Assembly (NCBI GenBank): GCA_963794325.1 | Contig: CAWCDG010000004.1 | Location: 1,120,001-1,184,000, forward strand | DNA length: 64,000 nucleotides | DNA from: an uncultured delta proteobacterium | Lineage (GTDB): Bacteria > Desulfobacterota > Binatia > Binatales > Binataceae | Reading direction: 5' to 3' | Shown: piece after piece, positions 58,688 through 64,000 of the stretch | Layout of the letters: each line of letters starts with the position of its first letter | Numbering within the stretch: the stretch's first letter is position 1 | The notes under the pieces: generated by a model | Database searches by the model: none | Seen by the model: the letters and a program-made list of their open reading frames with translations, nothing else | Told to the model about the DNA's origin: nothing | Program-made: the position numbers and the translations under genes

Positions 58688-59575
58688 TTGCACAATCGCG
58701 AAATACTCGTCGTCGGATATGGATCGCTCCTCAGCGGCTATGGCCTGCTGGCGGAGCGGCGTGGTGGCGCGAGTCGGCTGGTGGCGCGCGACGTGCTCCC
58801 AATTTCGATTCACAACGCGCGCCGCGGCCTCGCCAAGCCGTCCAGTCACGGCAAGTATCTCGCGATGGATATCGAGCCTGTCGATCGCCGCATTCCGATG
58901 AAGGCGTCGCGCACGGCGGACGGCGCAGCAATTGGCGGCCTGCTGCTTACCTTCGATCGCGAATACGCACCGCTCATTGCCAGACGCGAGGAATATGATC
59001 CTGACGCGTTCGCGAAGTTGATCGGGCTTGCAGATCGCGCGGGTCAGCCTCTCGGCGAATTCCTGATGGCAATCGCAATCGAGATCGATCTGCTCGCTTA
59101 TCGGATCGCGTTGCGTGAGATGCTCGACTACACGTCGCCGGGGTACATTTTCCATCCGATAGAGATCGATGACGGCCGTGTCGCGATAATCGCAATCGGT
59201 TCCGGATTCGACGGCAGCGGCGATCCGGAGATTGTTTCGCGCCGTCAGCAATACAAGATGGATCGCCTGCTGACGCTCGACGAATCGATGCGCGTCGAAA
59301 TCTCCGGTTTCGATCGCGCCGGGCAGATAGGATACTACGCAGAGTGTCTTCTCGGCGGATTGCACGGTGTCGATGTGGGCGATTTGGCATCAGGATTCGA
59401 TCCCGATGCTGATTGGGGGCGTGACCTCGCGGCGCATCTCGGGCCGATCGCGGCCGGCGAGCGCGAGCGGTTTATCGAGGCGACGTCGCTCGATGCGGCG
59501 CGGTACGGCGAGCGGTTTTCTTCGAATCGCGCGGCGAACCTTGAGGCGCTGCTAAAACTGGCGGGCGTTGTATAG
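58688..59575 (+). CDS. Hypothetical protein with a gamma-glutamylcyclotransferase-like N-terminus
   Basis: ILVVGYGSLL and RREEYD resemble GGCT/ChaC motifs; start uncertain (58664 or 58688). Confidence 0.55.
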   Translation: MHNREILVVGYGSLLSGYGLLAERRGGASRLVARDVLPISIHNARRGLAKPSSHGKYLAMDIEPVDRRIPMKASRTADGAAIGGLLLTFDREYAPLIARREEYDPDAFAKLIGLADRAGQPLGEFLMAIAIEIDLLAYRIALREMLDYTSPGYIFHPIEIDDGRVAIIAIGSGFDGSGDPEIVSRRQQYKMDRLLTLDESMRVEISGFDRAGQIGYYAECLLGGLHGVDVGDLASGFDPDADWGRDLAAHLGPIAAGERERFIEATSLDAARYGERFSSNRAANLEALLKLAGVV

Positions 59576-60099
59576 TGATCAGCGACGAGTCGATGGGATC
59601 GAAAGCCAATTTTTCAATCCATGTCGCGAAAGAGAATCTGAAATTCTCGGCCGCGCATTTTATCGCCTACCCCGGATTCCGCGAACCGCTGCATGGCCAT
59701 AATTACCAGGTCGGCGTGTATGTCGAGGGGCGGCTGGCGAAGACCGGCTACGTGATCGATTTCGGGCTGATCAAAAAGCTGACCAAGGAGATCGTCGATC
59801 GTCTCGACGAGCGCACGATCATTCCGGGTAACAGCGATTGCCTGACGATCGACGGACCCCGCGACGGCGTAGTGCGAATCCGCTACGAGCGCGACGAGTT
59901 CGTGCTGCCTGCTGCCGACGTGTGTATCGTGCCGGTCGTGCATAGCTCGGCTGAGGAGCTCGCACGCTACATCTGGGACGAGTTGGCGACGGCACTGCGC
60001 GCGCGAGGCGCCTTGACCGAAGTGACGACGATGGAAATCTCGGTGGCCGAGGGTCCGGGGCAGTCCGCGCATTACCGCAATTCGACGGCCAGCGGCTAG
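59575..60099 (+). CDS. 6-pyruvoyl-tetrahydropterin synthase family protein (Glu-type, PTPS-III-like)
   Basis: FSAAHF, EPLHGHNYQV, IDFG, SSAEELA, VAE. Confidence 0.85.
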   Translation: MISDESMGSKANFSIHVAKENLKFSAAHFIAYPGFREPLHGHNYQVGVYVEGRLAKTGYVIDFGLIKKLTKEIVDRLDERTIIPGNSDCLTIDGPRDGVVRIRYERDEFVLPAADVCIVPVVHSSAEELARYIWDELATALRARGALTEVTTMEISVAEGPGQSAHYRNSTASG

Positions 60100-60248
60100 T
60101 CACGTTCCTTGCGTAACAATTGCGGCGAGTTTCGTTAGGCCACGCTGTTCACCCACAGTCTTTGTCCTGTTAACTACGTGCGCGTCGTGAGACCATTCCC
60201 GACGTAACTCCGCGGTTCGCCATCGCGCGTTACGAAAAGTACCGATCA

Positions 60249-61286
60249 GTGCCGCAGCAATCAAAAATATCAGAGCGGGAGACTCCGTTTGCGGTCGAGC
60301 AGGCGTTGATCGGGGAGCATCCGGCGATCGTCAAGCTTCGCGCGTTGATCGAGCGTGTCGCGCCAACCGAGGTGACAGTGCTGGTCACCGGCGAGAGCGG
60401 CACCGGCAAGGAAGTCGTGGCGCAGGCGATTCATACATTGTCACTGCGCAGCAATCAGCCATTTGTGCCGGTGAACTGCGCGGCGATTCCGCACGATCTG
60501 CTCGAATCCGAAATGTTCGGGCATGAGCGAGGCGCGTTCACCGGCGCGGCGGGATCTCGTCATGGGCTCCTGACGACCGCCGATCGCGGCACAATCTTTC
60601 TCGACGAAATCGGCGAGATGCCTAATGGGTTGCAGGCGAAGCTCCTGCGCGTGCTGGAAGATGGAGTGGTCCGTGCCGTCGGTGCGGACCGGTCGACTCG
60701 GGTCGACGTGCGCGTTATCGCGGCGAGCAATGTCGATCTGGCAGCCTCGGTGGCCAAGGGCACGTTTCGTGAGGACCTCTTCTATCGGCTGCAGGTCGTG
60801 CCGATCGTGATTGCGCCGCTGCGCGAGCGGCGTTCCGATATCCCGCTGCTGACTGAGCACTTTCTGGAGCGTATTCGCGATCGCCCGCCCGGGCGTGAAC
60901 TCGCAATCAGCCGCGAGGCGATGGTCGCGTTGTGGTCGTACGATTGGCCCGGCAATGTCCGCGAGCTCGAGAATATGATCGAGCGGTTGGCGATTCTGTG
61001 CGAGGGCTCGACTATCGACACGTCGATTCTTCCCGAGAGCCTGGTGGCGAGCGCGCGGCCCGCGACACCTCCGATCAAGGTCAAGCTGACTGACGGCGGA
61101 GTTAACCTGAACAACTTGGTACGGGAATTGGAAGGTAGATTGATAAACGACGCGCTCAAGCAAACCGCGGGGAACAAACAGGCGGCGGCGCGGCTGCTCG
61201 GACTCAAACGGACGACCTTTTCCGCGAAGCTGAGGCGTTGCGGCGTGATAGCCCCGGCGTCTTTGGACGAAGGCGAGGAAGACTAG
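60249..61286 (+). CDS. Sigma-54 enhancer-binding protein (AAA+ plus Fis HTH) with no N-terminal regulatory domain
   Basis: [59 protein letters not shown]. Confidence 0.93.
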   Translation: MPQQSKISERETPFAVEQALIGEHPAIVKLRALIERVAPTEVTVLVTGESGTGKEVVAQAIHTLSLRSNQPFVPVNCAAIPHDLLESEMFGHERGAFTGAAGSRHGLLTTADRGTIFLDEIGEMPNGLQAKLLRVLEDGVVRAVGADRSTRVDVRVIAASNVDLAASVAKGTFREDLFYRLQVVPIVIAPLRERRSDIPLLTEHFLERIRDRPPGRELAISREAMVALWSYDWPGNVRELENMIERLAILCEGSTIDTSILPESLVASARPATPPIKVKLTDGGVNLNNLVRELEGRLINDALKQTAGNKQAAARLLGLKRTTFSAKLRRCGVIAPASLDEGEED

Positions 61287-61303
61287 GGCGATCAGGGATT
61301 TGT

Positions 61304-61756
61304 ATGGATGAAGCAATCAGGCCGCCACAGATAATGGTGGTTGACGACGATCAGGACACCGTCGCAATCCTCGCGCGCCATTTGCAACGCGAAGGCTTTG
61401 TCCCGATAGAGGCCAACTCGGGCGCACAATGTCTCAAACTGGTTCATGAAAACGAAGTCGACGTGATTCTGCTCGACCTGATGATGCCCGGGATGGACGG
61501 CTTCGAGGTCGTCAAGGCGCTCAAGGACGATCCCGTAACTGCCGAAATCCCCATCATCATGATCACCGCGCGCGACGACCTTGATGCGCGCGCCGAGGGG
61601 ATGCGCCTTGGGGTCAGCGACTTCCTCGCCAAGCCTGTATTCCGCCGCCAACTCGCAAGCCGGGTGCGTGCACAGCTTGACGTAGTTGAGACGTCGCGCA
61701 ACGCCAGCGCAGCGATGGATCGCCTCGAAGCGGCAAGAAAGCACCGCGCGCAATAG
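61304..61756 (+). CDS. Single-domain response regulator
   Basis: VVDDD, LLDLMMPGMDG, MITA, KP. Confidence 0.92.
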   Translation: MDEAIRPPQIMVVDDDQDTVAILARHLQREGFVPIEANSGAQCLKLVHENEVDVILLDLMMPGMDGFEVVKALKDDPVTAEIPIIMITARDDLDARAEGMRLGVSDFLAKPVFRRQLASRVRAQLDVVETSRNASAAMDRLEAARKHRAQ

Positions 61757-61825
61757 ACCGCGCTCTCGACTTCGACGACACGCCGCCGCACCGAACGGTT
61801 CCAAGTACCTCGATGGATTCCTCCT

Positions 61826-61948
61826 ATCCGGTTCCCCTTCCCGCTCGGGAGGGTCTTTCCCTCATCCGGTTCCCCTTCCCGCTCGGGAAGAAGTTACTCT
61901 CCAGAGTCCGGTTCCCCTTCCCACTATGGGAAGGGGTTAGGGGTTAGG
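61826..61948 (-). repeat. Three tandem family A units; the last is interrupted by IS481
   Basis: tccggttccccttccc occurs at 61827, 61865 and 61907. Confidence 0.88.
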
Positions 61949-62885
61949 TGTCGGTTTGCAACAGGTTGTCCGGGGGAAGGCGCGAGATAGGAGAGCGGCC
62001 GCCGATGCCGCGATGGGGGCGATGATGGTTGTAGGAATGGAGCCATGGGCGGAGAGCGTCGGCGCGTTGTTGAGAGTGATCGTACGGCCGCGCGTAAGCT
62101 CATTCGCGCAAAGCGGTCTGGATAAAGCGTTCGGCCTTGCCATTGGTGCGCGGGGTATAGGGACGGGTAAAGCTGTGCCGCATCCTGCGGCTGCGGCACA
62201 GGGCGCCAATAAGGGAAGAACGGTAGGCGGAGCCGTTGTCAGTCATGATGCGAGCGACCGAGATCCCCAGGGCCTGGAAGTGATCGAGCGCGCGCACGAG
62301 GAAGGCAGTGGTGGTCTCTTTGCGCTCGTTGGGCAGGACTTCGGCGTAGGCCAGGCGCGAATGGTCGTCGATACAAACGTGGGCGACTTCGAAGCCGGCA
62401 CCGAGACTACGCTTTTGGTGAGTACCAGTGATGCGCGAGCCGACGCGGTGGAAGCGGCCCAGCTTTTTAGTGTCGAGATGGAGCAGGTCGCCGGGCGCGG
62501 CGTACTCGTAGCGCTGGATGGGCACCGGCGGATCCAACGAACTCAGCCTGGACAGTCCGGCCCGCTTGAGCAGCCGGCTTACGGTGGCGATGCTGAGCTC
62601 GAGTTGTGCGGCGATGTGCTTCATCAGCATCCGCTGGCGGCGCAGTGCGAGCACCTGCTCGACCACTGCCAGTGCGGTAGGACGATGCAGCCGGTGAGGG
62701 CGCGAGCTGCGGTCGGCCAGTCCGGCCGAACCTTCGCGGGCAAACCGCGCCGCCCACTTGCGCGCGGTCTTCTCGCACACGCCCATCGCCGCCGCGACCA
62801 TTCGCGGTGGTTCGCCCGTATTAGCCCGCCTGACCAGTCCGGCTCGACTAAGCGGCGTGGTGCGCGCATTCTGATGAATGTCCAT
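61944..62885 (-). pseudogene. IS481 transposase with a TGG>TGA nonsense mutation at 62100-62102
   Basis: MDIHQNARTTP..., LHLDTKK, IDDHSR, TDNGSAY, NGKAERFIQTALRE-*-AYARPY...YNHHRPH..DNLLQTDT. Confidence 0.9.
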
Positions 62886-62973
62886 CCGGGGAGACCTCCT
62901 GAGTCGGTGTTGAGTTTCGCAGCTTTCACCTTCCCAGCGTCCTCCCGGAAGGACAACCTATTGAAACATCACA
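61949..62973 (-). mobile_element. IS481-family insertion sequence (1025 bp) with 6-bp TSD GTTAGG
   Basis: TGT...ACA ends; IRs TGTCGGTTTGCAACAGGTTGTCC and TGTGATGTTTCAATAGGTTGTCC; gttagg at 61943-61948 and 62974-62979. Confidence 0.95.
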
Positions 62974-63122
62974 GTTAGGTTGCCTGCATCATCCACAACT
63001 CTAATAGCCGCAGCGCGCGCGCTGCATCGGCGCGTTGCCATCCCCTGATACGTTCGACTACTAATTAATCTTCGACGGTCGCTGCCAGCGATCATCGTTC
63101 GGGATGAGAAGGAGAATTCGCG

Positions 63123-63491
63123 ATGAACGGTGACAGCCGAAAACCGCAAGCCAACGTGATTGCGGCCCTGACCTACCTGCTGGGCTTCGTCACAGGCATC
63201 ATTTTTCTGTACCTCGAGCCCTACAACGAGGACGAGTTCATCCGCTTTCACGCCCGACAGTCGATCGGTTTCTCAGTTGCGTGGTTCGCTATTCACATTG
63301 TCCTCGGCGTCTTCATCGCGGTGCTGCCGCATGGATTGGGCGCGCTGTTCAATTTCATCCTGACCCTGATCGACATCGCGCTCGCCGTGTTTTGGGTTGT
63401 GCTCATGTACAAAGCGTACAATGGCGAGCGCTACCGAATCCCCGAGCTCGCCGACATCGTCGACAGCATCGCCGGCACCCCCGCGTCCTAG
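63123..63491 (+). CDS. DUF4870-type small membrane protein
   Basis: AALTYLLGFVTGIIF, FIRFHARQS, MYKAYNGERYRIP. Confidence 0.85.
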   Translation: MNGDSRKPQANVIAALTYLLGFVTGIIFLYLEPYNEDEFIRFHARQSIGFSVAWFAIHIVLGVFIAVLPHGLGALFNFILTLIDIALAVFWVVLMYKAYNGERYRIPELADIVDSIAGTPAS

Positions 63492-63508
63492 GATTCATCC
63501 CAGCAAAT

Positions 63509-63557
63509 TCCGGTTCCTCTTCCCGCGAGGACCGAAAAAAGGCGGTAGGGTTAGGTT
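63509..63557 (-). repeat. Degenerate family A repeat between convergent genes
   Basis: tccggttcctcttcccg...ggtagggttaggtt. Confidence 0.55.
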
Positions 63558-63567
63558 GCTGATGCCT

Positions 63568-64000
63568 CTACTTGTTCGACGTCGTCGTGCCCGCGACCTT
63601 TTCTCCGCCCTTCGCGACCGGCGCATCCTCAGCCGCCTGCCCATTGCCGTCCGCAGTCTTTTCCGCCGCGTCTTCCGCGACGGGCACCACTTGCGACTGG
63701 ATATTCGCGATACCCTGCGCCGCCAGGCGCAAGCCCGGCTCGCGGTTGATCGCATCGAGCACGCGCCGCGAAATTTCATCGGTGATTTGCGGCGCGGTGT
63801 AGGTCTCCGCGGGATACCGGATAACTATCTCGAGCCCCGACTGACTCAGATGCAGCCGGCTCTGCGGTTTGGGCGTTTCGAGCATGATATTGAGGTCGCG
63901 CTCCAGATGCCGGTAGTCGCGCATCACGCGGTCGCGGTAGCGCGCGAACACTTCGTCGACCGCGTCGAGCAAGCGCTTCTCCGCCAGCCGGTAATCGACG
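63568..64000 (-). CDS. C-terminal part of a probable MscS-family mechanosensitive channel protein (partial)
   Basis: ..DYRLAEKRLLDAVDEV...LEIVIRYP...DEISRRVLDAI resembles an MscS C-terminal domain; runs off the window end. Confidence 0.55.
   Translation of the reverse strand, partial: VDYRLAEKRLLDAVDEVFARYRDRVMRDYRHLERDLNIMLETPKPQSRLHLSQSGLEIVIRYPAETYTAPQITDEISRRVLDAINREPGLRLAAQGIANIQSQVVPVAEDAAEKTADGNGQAAEDAPVAKGGEKVAGTTTSNK

Noticed and set aside
61826-61948. Three tandem repeats with short spacers as a mini CRISPR array
   Set aside because: The units are family A REPs dispersed across the window, the spacers are only about 12-17 bp, and no cas genes are present.
62100-62102. In-frame TGA in the IS481 transposase as a third selenocysteine
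   Set aside because: The position corresponds to the conserved Trp of the EWAY motif, not Cys, and no SECIS-like stem follows. A TGG>TGA nonsense mutation is the simpler explanation.
61956-62978. 340-aa plus-strand ORF spanning the IS
   Set aside because: It is an antisense shadow of the transposase and has no recognisable motifs.

Overview
GC-rich bacterial chromosomal window. Gene content suggests a soil Deltaproteobacteria-like lineage such as Ca. Binatota (inference only). Housekeeping and metabolic genes: thyX, pyrD, a MoxR/VWA pair, gnd-zwf-fbp-glk-fbaB, addB-addA, an ABC transporter, LLM oxidoreductases and a PTPS-family gene. Highlights: (1) a VWA / zinc-ribbon-FHA / kinase-FHA / pseudokinase-PP2C / receptor-kinase operon, bracketed by direct copies of a ~120 bp structured repeat; (2) selenocysteine recoding missed by the ORF track: selD and a TlpA/ResA-like WASW-U-GC protein each have an in-frame TGA and a SECIS-like hairpin, and selB is present; (3) at least five families of palindromic intergenic repeats, one with compensatory base changes and one with a telomere-like GGGGTTA tail that is the target of an IS481 insertion with a 6-bp TSD; (4) tandem beta-propeller lipoprotein genes with conserved ECF-type promoters, one copy frameshifted; (5) odd proteins, including a PAS-HisKA-REC hybrid lacking the ATPase domain, a secreted HTH-like protein and an orphan antitoxin. 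No tRNA, rRNA or CRISPR array was found. All calls are by eye, without database searches.
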